From the NCBI GenBank assembly GCA_026002795.1, contig BPGA01000001.1, forward strand, positions 180,001 through 212,000: a stretch of DNA of 32,000 bases, read 5' to 3'. Shown here piece after piece: positions 1 through 9,002 of the stretch (position 1 is its first letter; every line of letters begins with the position of its first letter). The stretch is from Candidatus Saccharimonadota bacterium. Its GTDB lineage: Archaea; Nanobdellota; Nanobdellia; Pacearchaeales; GW2011-AR1. Made by a program: the position numbers and the translations under genes. Under the pieces are notes generated by a model. That model had not been told where the DNA came from. It was given only the letters and a program-made list of their open reading frames with translations, and searched no databases.

Positions 1-36
1 ATAATACTTAAAAACAAAAAAATTTGAAAAGGTTTA

Positions 37-495
37 ATGAATAGTTTAGAAAAAAAAGTTGAAGAATCTGGCTCTGTTTATACTGTTGAAGAATTAAAAG
101 AAGCAGTATATTGGCTTTGTTTAAATTATGTTAGATGTGACGGTGCTATTTTAAGTAATCATCTTATTTCAGAAGCCTCTAAAAGATTTTCAAAAAGGTT
201 TTATTTAAGATCAAAAAATTTAATTAAACCAATAACACACAACCTTATAACAAATCTTTGTAGGCCATACTACAATGAAAGACTAAGAGAATTTCAGTAT
301 ATTGTACTTTCTAATGCTAAATTTTTTATAGAGAAGATTTTTGAAAAAAATGGAAAAAAATTTAGTTTATATGTTCCAGATAACTTAAAAAGAGTTTTAA
401 TAATTTTCGAAAACGAGGAGAGTTTAATTAGATATGTAAATTCAAGAATTTGTCATTCTCATGATAATCTTTATGTTTTTAGATCTAAGTTTTGA
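37..495 (+). CDS. hypothetical protein, 152 aa
   Basis: Intact ATG-started ORF from the track. I recognise no family motif. The 3' end overlaps the convergent gatE stop by 11 nt. Confidence 0.45.
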   Translation: MNSLEKKVEESGSVYTVEELKEAVYWLCLNYVRCDGAILSNHLISEASKRFSKRFYLRSKNLIKPITHNLITNLCRPYYNERLREFQYIVLSNAKFFIEKIFEKNGKKFSLYVPDNLKRVLIIFENEESLIRYVNSRICHSHDNLYVFRSKF

Positions 496-1930
496 AATGT
501 TTTTTTAGTAAATCTGAAATTTCTTTTCCAGAAAATTTTCCTTCAAATTTTTTCATTATTAAACCCATATAAGCATTAAAAGAAAGTCCTGGTTTCTGCT
601 TTATAATTTTAATTATCTCTTCTTCAAGATTTTCTATTTCCTCAGGTTTGCTTTTTTTAATTATTAAATTTAAATCTTCTCCTTCTGCAATTTTCTCTAA
701 AATATTTTTTATTTGTCCTTCTGAGATCACTCCTTTTTTAATGTTTTCAATTATGCTTGATAGAACATCCAAACTGAATTTCTTTTCTAAATTTTTTATT
801 TTTTTCCTAGAAGATATCTCTTTAGGATAAATTAAAAGCATTTTAAAAATTAGTTTAGGATTGTAAAAAATTTTTGACAATTCTTTAAAATCTTCAAATT
901 TTTTTTCTTTAAAGAGTAAAGAAACCATTTCTTGATTAAGTCCTTCGATTTTTTCTTCTTTTGGCTTTAAATTTTTTTTAGATTTGTTTATTATATCTCT
1001 AGAAATTTTCAGTAAAGGAAGATCTGTTTCTGGATACATTCTAGAAGGACCTGGCAATGGTCTTAAAAACTCTGATGTTCCGTCTGCAAGAACTTTTCTA
1101 ACTTCTGGAGCGCTTTGATTTTTTTTAATGAGGTCTAGCTGTCTTTTTACTTCTATTTCAATTGCTTTTTCTATATTTCTTATATCTTGAAATCCTTTAA
1201 GTTCTATTCTTGAACTGCCTTTAATTGAAAGATTTATGTCCTGTCTTATTGTGCCTATTCCTCTTTTTACTTTACATTTTCTTAGTATTTCTCCTATTTT
1301 TAGTGCTGTTTCTTTTGCTTGACTCGGATTTTTTATTTCTGCTTTTGTGGCTATTTCAACAAGAGGAATTCCAAGTCTGTCTAACCTATAAACAGCTACA
1401 TTTCCTTCTTTTGAAATTATTCTTGCTGAATCTTCTTCTAAACAAATTGTTGCTATGCCAACTTTTCCAAAACTAGTTTCGACAAATCCATCTTGCGCAA
1501 TTAAAACAGTTCTCTGAAAACCAGATGTGTTGCTACCATCAACTACAGTTTTCCTCATAATTTGAGTTATTGGTAAAATCTTTGCATTTAACATTAAAGA
1601 TATTTGTAAAGCAATTTCAAGAGCCTCTTTATTTATTTCGTGTGGCGGCTCTTCATCAAGCTCAACTAAACAATTTGTATCTTTATAGGCTTCATAAATA
1701 AACTCTTTATCTAAACTTGCTTCATATTTAGCTGCAACATCTACCTCTCCAGATTCTCCAGCAACAAGGTGTAATTTTCTTTTTATTTTATAGTCTGCTT
1801 CATCTTTCCTTAAAATTGATGGGCAGTTGCAAAAAAGTTTTTTGGTATCTAGTTGCTGATGTATTTCAAGACCACATTTCAAACCAATTTTTTCGTAATC
1901 TATTTCTTGAGGTTCTTGTATTGATTCCAT
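485..1930 (-). CDS. gatE: Glu-tRNA(Gln) amidotransferase subunit E (GatE), short form of 481 aa
   Basis: N-terminal GLKCGLEIHQQLDTKKLFCNC and VVDGSNTSGFQRT are GatE-type, not the GatB YFYPDLPKGYQ type. RPLPGPSRMYPETDLP is present, and the partner gatD lies in the same window. Confidence 0.88.
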   Translation of the reverse strand: MESIQEPQEIDYEKIGLKCGLEIHQQLDTKKLFCNCPSILRKDEADYKIKRKLHLVAGESGEVDVAAKYEASLDKEFIYEAYKDTNCLVELDEEPPHEINKEALEIALQISLMLNAKILPITQIMRKTVVDGSNTSGFQRTVLIAQDGFVETSFGKVGIATICLEEDSARIISKEGNVAVYRLDRLGIPLVEIATKAEIKNPSQAKETALKIGEILRKCKVKRGIGTIRQDINLSIKGSSRIELKGFQDIRNIEKAIEIEVKRQLDLIKKNQSAPEVRKVLADGTSEFLRPLPGPSRMYPETDLPLLKISRDIINKSKKNLKPKEEKIEGLNQEMVSLLFKEKKFEDFKELSKIFYNPKLIFKMLLIYPKEISSRKKIKNLEKKFSLDVLSSIIENIKKGVISEGQIKNILEKIAEGEDLNLIIKKSKPEEIENLEEEIIKIIKQKPGLSFNAYMGLIMKKFEGKFSGKEISDLLKKHFKT

Positions 1931-1976
1931 AATTTACTCAAGAAGAAAGGATTATTAAAATTAACTTATGCTAATT

Positions 1977-2783
1977 TTAACTTACCAAAACTTTAAATTT
2001 TTTTAATCTATTTATAAGTTCTTCATTAAAGATTTTAAGTCTTTCATCTTCTACATAAAGATCTCTTTCTAATTGAGAAAAGTTTATAGGATTTCCTGAA
2101 TCTTTAGTGTGTCTATATAAAAGCAATATGTCTGTCCAATCTTTTTCTCTTGATCTTGCTATTTTAGTAGCTATAAGGTCTTCTAAACTTTTAACATTAA
2201 GCTCTATTTTTTTTCCTTTATAAATAGGTAAAGATATTCTTAATCCTGATTCAAAAAAACGAAAATAATTTTGCCTTTCAAATTCAATCATCTCTTGAGA
2301 CCAACGATGGTTTGTATCTTCTGGACTATAATAGAGGTTAAGAGAAACTTCATTTTCATAACTTGGTTCTTCATCTAAACCAAGTCTAAAAACAGGCCTT
2401 CTGATTCCTTTTCTTTCTAATTTTACAGAGACCAAATGGTTACCAGAGACAGAAACATAAGGACTTTCTTCTTCTAATGAACTTAGTATTGTGTTAATTC
2501 TTTCATAAATTTCTGTTTTTTGGCCTTCAATGTTTCTTATGTCTAAAGTTATGTCAATGTCGTCTGTTGCTCTTAAATGATCTTGAACCCTAAAGTTTGG
2601 ATCGTTTATAAGATCATATAAATTAACACCTTCTTTTTTACAGATTAAACTAACAATATGAGCCTGGGTTGCTACGCCTCCTACGAATAAATATGGAATA
2701 TTATTGGTTCTAAAAGAATGGTCTATTCTTTCTAAAAATGTCAAAAATTCCTCATCATCAATGCTATAAAGTGCTCTCTTCAT
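1977..2783 (-). CDS. nucleotidyltransferase-fold protein (AbiEii/DUF2204-like), 268 aa
   Basis: FVGGVATQAH followed by RATDDIDITL gives a GG...DxD Pol-beta-type NTase pattern. The C-terminal LEDLIATKIARSREKDWTDILLL motif is typical of this group. The family-level call is tentative. Confidence 0.5.
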   Translation of the reverse strand: MKRALYSIDDEEFLTFLERIDHSFRTNNIPYLFVGGVATQAHIVSLICKKEGVNLYDLINDPNFRVQDHLRATDDIDITLDIRNIEGQKTEIYERINTILSSLEEESPYVSVSGNHLVSVKLERKGIRRPVFRLGLDEEPSYENEVSLNLYYSPEDTNHRWSQEMIEFERQNYFRFFESGLRISLPIYKGKKIELNVKSLEDLIATKIARSREKDWTDILLLYRHTKDSGNPINFSQLERDLYVEDERLKIFNEELINRLKKFKVLVS

Positions 2784-2898
2784 ACAATTTATTTAAGTTT
2801 TTGTTTTTATAAATCTTTCTATTTGTAACTCCTTAAAAGTTATAATTTATTTAAAAGGGATCAGCAAAATTTATAATCCCTTTTAGTTTTTTAAAAAA

Positions 2899-3342
2899 AT
2901 GAAGAAAAAAAGAAAAGTTTCATTTGTTGATGTGCTTCCGATTGAAACAAAATTGGATTCACATGATTTATTACAGATTATAATTGGCTCTTCTCTTCTT
3001 GCGATTCCTATAGGTTTTACTCAAGAAACTTGGGAAATTGGTGGATTTCTTCCTTTAACAAACATATTGGCTCTTGCTTTAATTTCAATCATATTTTTAG
3101 TTATTTTTACTTATGTTCATTATCATCAAGAACACATAAATTCAAACCCAAAAAGACACATTTATGAAATGCTAAAAAGAGTTTTTGCAACATATATTAT
3201 TTCTTTTTTTATAGTTGGATTATTTTTACAGATAATTAATGTCGCAGATTGGACAAATAATTTATTGGTTTCATTTAAAAGAACTGTTGTAGTTAATTTA
3301 CCTTCTTCTATGGGTGCTGCTCTTTCTGACAGATTAAAATAA
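2899..3342 (+). CDS. small integral membrane protein, 147 aa, 3-4 predicted TM helices
   Basis: Hydrophobic segments LLQIIIGSSLLAIPIGF, LPLTNILALALISIIFLVIFTYV and VFATYIISFFIVGLFLQII. No enzymatic motif recognised. Confidence 0.55.
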   Translation: MKKKRKVSFVDVLPIETKLDSHDLLQIIIGSSLLAIPIGFTQETWEIGGFLPLTNILALALISIIFLVIFTYVHYHQEHINSNPKRHIYEMLKRVFATYIISFFIVGLFLQIINVADWTNNLLVSFKRTVVVNLPSSMGAALSDRLK

Positions 3343-3353
3343 GCAAAATTGTT

Positions 3354-4646
3354 TTAAAGAGAATGAAATTGTTCATCTAATCTTTCATTTATCTCGCCAG
3401 CAAAATTTGTAAGCATTTTTTGTTTTATTATTTGTTTATTTTTTTTCCATTCTTTGTGACCTAAAATCCATCCTAGTTTCACAAAAGCTGTTTCAGAAAG
3501 CATATCTTCTAAAAATATTGCTCCTGCTTTTTCAAGTTCTCGACCGTTAGAGTATACATAAGGATCAACTCTTCCATAAATGCACTGACTTGTTACGCAA
3601 ACTATAATTCCATCTTTAGTTAGTTTTTTAATTTTCTTTAAAAAAGAATTTTTTGATAAAGATGAGACATGTCCTAGTCCAGTTGCTTCTATAACTAAGC
3701 CTTCATATTTATTCTTATGATAAAATTCTAAAATATCTGGATTTTGACCTGGATAGAATTTAATAAGAGCAACTTTATTGTTAAATTTTGCATCTAACTT
3801 CACTTTATTTTTTTCATTCCTTAATTTATGTTCAGAAAGAATTTCTATTTTGTCTGGCCAGATTTTTGCTATAGGCTTCCTATTTACTGACTTAAAAGCA
3901 TCTCTTCTTGATGTGTGAAGCTTTCTTGCTTTTGTTCCAAGAATTGCAAAACAAAAATCATCGTTCATAGTTGCATGTCCAACAAGCAAAACTTCTGCTA
4001 TATCTGAGATTGAAGCAAGAGCAGAGCATTGAAGATTTAAGTTGGCATCAGAGCTCGCTCTATCAATACTTCTTTGACTATAAGTCAAAATAACTGGTTT
4101 GTTTAAATTTTGTAAAAAGAAAGAAAGGGCTGATGCTGTATAGTGAAGAGTGTCTGTTCCGTGTGTTATAATTACTCCTTTTATTTCTTTATTGTTAAGC
4201 AAGTTGTAAGTTATTTTTGCAATTTTTTTCCAATCTTTAAAATCCATATCTTCTGAAGCTTTTGTAAAAGGAACAATGATTTTTTCTAAAGAAACTTTAT
4301 CAAATATTTTTGGGTAAAATTTAAAAAATTCTTCTGGCTTTGTAAGAGGAGAAACAGCTCCTGTCTTTGTATCAAGTTTTGATGCAATTGTTCCTCCAGT
4401 GATGATCATAGCTATTTTTGGTTTTTCTTGAGGTATTTTAATTTCTATTTTCTCTTCTTTTTTTTCTGCTTTTTTTATTAGCCTAATTTCTGAGATGTCT
4501 TTTTTCTTGAAGCCTATGTTGTATCCTGAATCGAGTTTAAGAAGGATAACCCCTTTTTCGTCTTTTGGAGATTCTAAAAGTATTCCTTTATAGCTTTTAT
4601 TAGGAAAAATTAATTCTACAAAATCTCCTGGATTAATGTTTTTCAT
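3354..4646 (-). CDS. gatD: Glu-tRNA(Gln) amidotransferase subunit D (GatD), asparaginase-like
   Basis: The asparaginase-family catalytic motifs IAMIITGGTIAS and ITHGTDTL are present. The N-terminal extra domain and the 430 aa length are typical of GatD. Confidence 0.9.
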   Translation of the reverse strand: MKNINPGDFVELIFPNKSYKGILLESPKDEKGVILLKLDSGYNIGFKKKDISEIRLIKKAEKKEEKIEIKIPQEKPKIAMIITGGTIASKLDTKTGAVSPLTKPEEFFKFYPKIFDKVSLEKIIVPFTKASEDMDFKDWKKIAKITYNLLNNKEIKGVIITHGTDTLHYTASALSFFLQNLNKPVILTYSQRSIDRASSDANLNLQCSALASISDIAEVLLVGHATMNDDFCFAILGTKARKLHTSRRDAFKSVNRKPIAKIWPDKIEILSEHKLRNEKNKVKLDAKFNNKVALIKFYPGQNPDILEFYHKNKYEGLVIEATGLGHVSSLSKNSFLKKIKKLTKDGIIVCVTSQCIYGRVDPYVYSNGRELEKAGAIFLEDMLSETAFVKLGWILGHKEWKKNKQIIKQKMLTNFAGEINERLDEQFHSL

Positions 4647-4659
4647 TTTTTATCTTTAT

Positions 4660-4745
4660 GGGCTTACTAGGAATCGAACCTAGATCTGCAGGTTTCTTCT
4701 AAAAATAACCGAAGCCTGCTGTTCTATCCATTGAACTATAAGCCC
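4660..4745 (-). tRNA. tRNA-Arg (anticodon UCG) with a 15-nt intron at the canonical 37/38 position
   Basis: Reverse complement folds as a cloverleaf. Acceptor GGGCTTA/TAAGCCC, D arm GTTC-AATGGATA-GAAC, anticodon stem GCAGG/CCTGC, T arm CTAGG-TTCGATT-CCTAG. The loop reads CT-TCG-G, then intron TTATTTTTAGAAGAA (plus-strand 4694..4708), then A. CUUC of the loop pairs with GAAG of the intron, leaving two 3-nt bulges (bulge-helix-bulge). No CCA is encoded. Confidence 0.82.
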
Positions 4746-4799
4746 AAAAATAATAAAATTGTTATATTTTTATATATTAATACTTTTTAAAAATATAAA

Positions 4800-5696
4800 A
4801 TGAAACAGAAAAATCAAAAACACCATGTGATTGTTGTTAAAAGACATCATAAATGGTTAATAGGTGGATTTACAACAATTGTCATAGTATTTATGATAAC
4901 AATAAGTATTTTTACTTACTCTCTTCTAGCTAGGATTGAAGTAAGCTATAAATCTCTAGATAAAAAAATACAGGATTTAAGAAGAGAAACAATTTCTGGA
5001 ATGAATGCTTTATCAGAGGGGATTATAGATACAAAAAACAGTATAAGAGAAGTTGAATCTAGAGTTGGAATTTTAACAGAAAGGGTTGATGTATTGAAAG
5101 CTTCTACATCTGATGATTTTTCAGGAATAATAGAAAAAGCTATTGATTCGGTGGTAACTATAAGAACAGATGTTTCTCAAGGAACTGGTTTTATAATACA
5201 TGAAGATGGTTATTTAATAACTAATGCCCATGTTTTATATGGTGCAAGATATGCAGAAGCTATAACTTCTAATCAAAAAAAATTGAAATTAAATCTTTTA
5301 GGTTATGATTCACTTATGGATATAGCTCTATTGAAAATAGAAGGAAGTTATAAGCCTTTAAAACTAGCAAATTCTGATAATGTTGCTGTAGGAGAGAGAG
5401 TAATTGCAATAGGAAATCCTTTAGGGTTACAATTCTCAGTTTCTCAAGGAATTGTTTCTGGAATTCATAGAGTTGGACCAAATGGTGTTGCAGCATATAT
5501 ACAAACAGACGCAGCACTAAATCCGGGAAATTCTGGCGGTCCTTTAATAAACAAAAATGGAGAAGTTATAGGAATAAACAATTTCAAAGCATCTGAAGGA
5601 GAAAATTTGGGTTTTGCTCTTGAATCAAACTTTATTAAAAATAGCGTGAATTCAATATATAAGCAATTTTATGAAACCAACAATAATCTTTTATAA
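4800..5696 (+). CDS. membrane-anchored trypsin-like serine protease (S1C, HtrA/DegP-like, no PDZ domain)
   Basis: N-terminal TM helix. Catalytic triad contexts ITNAHVL, DIALLKI and GNSGGPLIN are present. Confidence 0.85.
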   Translation: MKQKNQKHHVIVVKRHHKWLIGGFTTIVIVFMITISIFTYSLLARIEVSYKSLDKKIQDLRRETISGMNALSEGIIDTKNSIREVESRVGILTERVDVLKASTSDDFSGIIEKAIDSVVTIRTDVSQGTGFIIHEDGYLITNAHVLYGARYAEAITSNQKKLKLNLLGYDSLMDIALLKIEGSYKPLKLANSDNVAVGERVIAIGNPLGLQFSVSQGIVSGIHRVGPNGVAAYIQTDAALNPGNSGGPLINKNGEVIGINNFKASEGENLGFALESNFIKNSVNSIYKQFYETNNNLL

Positions 5697-6027
5697 AGGT
5701 ACTCAAACTAAGAACCATCCAATTTCCTGGCCGAAGTTAGAGTCTACGGGGCATAGTAAGATTAAGAAAAGAGAACGAAGGGGTTAAAATTAAATATAAG
5801 ACGAGAGGGGGTTATCAAATTATAAATAAAGATTTTTGTTAATTCTTTTCTTCCTTGTTTTAAAGCAAGAACATTTTCCAGTAAGTTTTATAATAATAAT
5901 TATTTTTAGTACATTTTCTAGGTTTACTAAAAGATAATAAAAAATTTTTTAACTTTATTATGTTATAATATATAACCCCTAAATTGATGGGCTGCTTCTA
6001 TAATTTTTTATTTTTCTAAAAGAAGAT

Positions 6028-7152
6028 TCAACTTGTTAAATAGTCTATTGTAAGATTATAATTCGTGTCTTTAATATTTGCCTCTAATATTAAATAACTT
6101 CCTGGACTAATTATAAGAGTATCTTTATAATTTGTAGCAGTCCTAGACCATAAAATTTTCTCTGGGCTGTCCCTATTAACTATCCTATAAAAATCGTTTT
6201 TGTCTTTTGTTAATCTCATTCTTACGGAACTAGAAGAGGTAAAATCTATGCTAACACTAGCATTATAATCGAATCCGTATCCTTCAGGGTATAGTGGAAT
6301 TAATTGCACATAATTATAACTTAAATTTTCATTAAGGTATTCTTGTCGAAGCGAAATGAAATCCATCGTTATATAGCAAAGTCTCCTTTTACAAGCAATC
6401 CCAACCCCTGCATCGCTATAAAGATTATCCAAATCTAATAAAGTTGAACGATGACCTGGACTTCTAAGCCATCCATCTATAGACTCTTTTGCAATATCTG
6501 TATTTGGGTAAACGGGTAAAAGAATTAAATTTTCATTAGAAACTATATAAGGTATATTTGCATCTTTTAATCTTTGACTAAAATCTACGGATTCTAAAGT
6601 TTCTGCATATTTTAAAGTACGATGACTAAAATATTCTTTTTCTAACATATCTTTACTATGTTCTCTCGCAATTTGACTTATTTTTTCATTCCACCTTAAA
6701 GAACGAATTCCAGACCTTGGGTATTTTTGCCTCTCTAAATTAACCAAATTAAAGATTTCTCTTTCTATTTTGTTTAAGTCTAATTGGGTCGCATCAAAAG
6801 TAGCATTAATAAAATCTTGATAAGATACAATATACTCCTGCTCACCGTTCTGGATTGCCTCTCCTTTAAAATCCCAATACATCTCAAATTGTTTCCCCTG
6901 GTAAATCCCTTTAAGCATTAATTCTCCAGATTCCAAATCTGAAATATTTGCTTTTAATATTCCATTCTTCGTTTCTCCCAAATAAATGCCGTTGAGATAA
7001 ACTTCTCCGTTTATAGGACTTCCATCTTCACTGGATGAAAATTTAAATTTAAAGTATTGATCAGGAAAAAAGGCATAATAGATAACATTTAGTGAATATA
7101 AAAGACCGATAATGGCAAAAATATAAAAAAATAGTTTTTTTATTTTTCTCAT
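6028..7152 (-). CDS. secreted or anchored CAP/SCP (PR-1, YkwD-like) domain protein, 374 aa
   Basis: N-terminal signal/TM (FFYIFAIIGLLYSL). CAP-domain pattern LRWNEKISQIAREHSKDMLEKEYFSHRT ... GWLRSPGHRSTLLD ... AGVGIA, flanked by beta-rich regions. Confidence 0.72.
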   Translation of the reverse strand: MRKIKKLFFYIFAIIGLLYSLNVIYYAFFPDQYFKFKFSSSEDGSPINGEVYLNGIYLGETKNGILKANISDLESGELMLKGIYQGKQFEMYWDFKGEAIQNGEQEYIVSYQDFINATFDATQLDLNKIEREIFNLVNLERQKYPRSGIRSLRWNEKISQIAREHSKDMLEKEYFSHRTLKYAETLESVDFSQRLKDANIPYIVSNENLILLPVYPNTDIAKESIDGWLRSPGHRSTLLDLDNLYSDAGVGIACKRRLCYITMDFISLRQEYLNENLSYNYVQLIPLYPEGYGFDYNASVSIDFTSSSSVRMRLTKDKNDFYRIVNRDSPEKILWSRTATNYKDTLIISPGSYLILEANIKDTNYNLTIDYLTS

Positions 7153-7552
7153 TTTTTTATTAAAAGAAAAAAACTTAAAAAATGTTTCTAAGTGGGCGAT
7201 TGTTTGTCGGAAGGGCTAATAATACATCAAATTAAATGAAAAAGTTGATTATATGGAAGCAAAAAACTCTTTAACAAATTTTAAATGGGATTAAGAAGTA
7301 ATTTTATTTTTTCTCTTTTGTTTTGTTTAGATTAAGATAAGGATTTTTTAATAAAGCAACCTCCCGATTTAGGAAGTGGTGATTTGGTGTTTTTCAGAGT
7401 TAGTTTCAACTGCTCCTAACAACTATTAAGTAAGATAAATGCGTGCCTAATTGTTTTTTATAAGAAATAATTTAAATATGTAAAGTTTACTTTAAAAACT
7501 ATTAAAAACTAAAGGTTTATTAAATATTTTTTTGTTTATAAAATGATATAAA

Positions 7553-8980
7553 ATGAAAAAAACAGATATAGGCTTGACCAATAAAAAAAAAGAAAATTTT
7601 TCTGGATGGTATACAGAAGTTATAAAAAAAGCTAAACTAATGGATTATAGTTCTGTTTCTGGTGGAATTGTTATACTACCTAATGCATATTTTGTTTGGC
7701 AAAAAATTCAAGATTTTTTAAATAAAGAATTTAAAAAAATAGGAGTTAAAAATGCTTATTTTCCTAGTTTAATACCTGAATCTCTTTTAAAAAAAGAAAA
7801 ACAACATATTAAAGGATTTGAGCCAGAAGTTGCTTGGGTTACAGAGGCTGGAAAAACAAGATTAAGTGAAAGATTAGCAATAAGACCTACTAGTGAAACT
7901 ATAATGTATGATTCTTTTTCAAAATGGATAAGAAGTTATAAAGATTTGCCGCTGAAGATTAACCAGTGGAATAATGTTGTAAGATGGGAATTTAAACATC
8001 CAATTCCTTTTTTAAGAACAAGAGAGTTTTTATGGCAAGAGGGTCATAGTGTATTTTCATCAAAAGAAGAAGCTGATAAAGAGGTTTTAGAGATAATTAA
8101 TTTATACGAAAGAGTTTATAATGAATTGCTTGCTATTCCTGTTTTAAGAGGAAAAAAAACAGAAAATGAAAAATTCGCTGGAGCGGATTACACTTTAAGT
8201 TTAGAAGCCATACTTCCAAATAAAAAAGTAATTCAAGCAGCAACAAGCCATAATCTAGGACAAAATTTTTCTAAAGCTTTTGACATTGTTTTTCTAGATA
8301 AAAATGAAAAAGAAGAAAATGCTTGGCAAACCTCTTGGGGATTTTCTACGAGAAGTTTAGGTATAATGATTGCAACTCATGCTGATGATAAAGGCATGAT
8401 TTTCCCTCCAAAAGTTGCGCCAATCCAAGTTGTTATAATTCCGATTTTTTTTGAAGGTTATAAAAACAAAATTTTAAATGTGGCAAAGAAAGTAAAAGAT
8501 AAATTAAAAGAATTTGAAGTTTTCGTTGATGATAGAGAAGATTATAGTGCTGGTTGGAAATTTAATGAATGGGAATTAAAGGGTATACCTTTAAGAATAG
8601 AAATTGGACCAAATGAAATAAAAAACAAAGAAGTTCTTGCTGTAAGAAGAGATAATCTAAAAAAAGAAAAGATAAAAATAAGCAAATTAAATTCAAGAGT
8701 TAAATATCTGTTGGATGATATACAAAAAGAATTATTTAAAAGAGCAAAAAAAGATTTTTTAGATTCTATAAAAAGAATTAATAGTTTTAACGAAATAAAA
8801 ACAAAAGAGAATTTTGTTTTTGAGGTATGTTTATGTAATAAAATTTCTTGTGAGAAAAAAGTGAATAATCAAGGATTAAAAGTTCTTATACTCTCTTTAG
8901 ATAAAAATATCTTTAACAATAATTGTTTTGTTTGTGGAGAAAAATCTAGTTTTGTAGCTTATATTGGAAAGAGTTATTAG
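7553..8980 (+). CDS. proS: prolyl-tRNA synthetase, archaeal/eukaryotic type
   Basis: FSGWYTEVIKKAKL, RPTSETIMY and FLRTREFLWQEGH are class II motifs. The protein ends with the conserved C-terminal Tyr (GKSY). Confidence 0.92.
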   Translation: MKKTDIGLTNKKKENFSGWYTEVIKKAKLMDYSSVSGGIVILPNAYFVWQKIQDFLNKEFKKIGVKNAYFPSLIPESLLKKEKQHIKGFEPEVAWVTEAGKTRLSERLAIRPTSETIMYDSFSKWIRSYKDLPLKINQWNNVVRWEFKHPIPFLRTREFLWQEGHSVFSSKEEADKEVLEIINLYERVYNELLAIPVLRGKKTENEKFAGADYTLSLEAILPNKKVIQAATSHNLGQNFSKAFDIVFLDKNEKEENAWQTSWGFSTRSLGIMIATHADDKGMIFPPKVAPIQVVIIPIFFEGYKNKILNVAKKVKDKLKEFEVFVDDREDYSAGWKFNEWELKGIPLRIEIGPNEIKNKEVLAVRRDNLKKEKIKISKLNSRVKYLLDDIQKELFKRAKKDFLDSIKRINSFNEIKTKENFVFEVCLCNKISCEKKVNNQGLKVLILSLDKNIFNNNCFVCGEKSSFVAYIGKSY

Positions 8981-9002
8981 TTTTTTATTTTTATTTAAAT
9001 TT

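Noticed and set aside
648-1476. Plus-strand ORFs 648..830 and 1225..1476 inside gatE
   Set aside because: Both are antisense to a gene with strong GatE motifs. Their translations are low-complexity Leu/Phe/Ile strings, the expected mirror of Lys/Glu/Asn-rich coding sequence in an AT-rich genome.
5314-5517. Minus-strand 67-aa ORF inside the HtrA-like protease gene
   Set aside because: It is antisense to a CDS with an intact catalytic triad, and its own product has no motif.
5698-5815. Possible divergent 5S rRNA, suggested by GGTAC near the 5' end, CCATCC...CCGAAGTTAGAG resembling the CCCAUCCCGAAC...GGAAGUUAAGC core, and GAGAGGGGG near the 3' end
   Set aside because: I could not build helix I or helices II/III with acceptable pairing. 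The segment between the loop-E-like and GAGAG motifs is about 40 nt of unpaired purines, where a compact helix IV is expected. The only terminal pairing I found is AT-only and overlaps the protease stop codon. I treat it as an unclassified GC-rich element instead.
5977-5987. 11-mer CCCTAAATTGA shared between 5977..5987 and the 95-nt hairpin (9168..9178). A related TTAAATTG(TTG)AGCTT similarity links 9226..9240 and 10554..10569.
   Set aside because: The matches are short, there are only two copies, and the flanks do not align. This may be chance in AT-biased spacers. It is worth a genome-wide k-mer check but not enough to call a repeat family.
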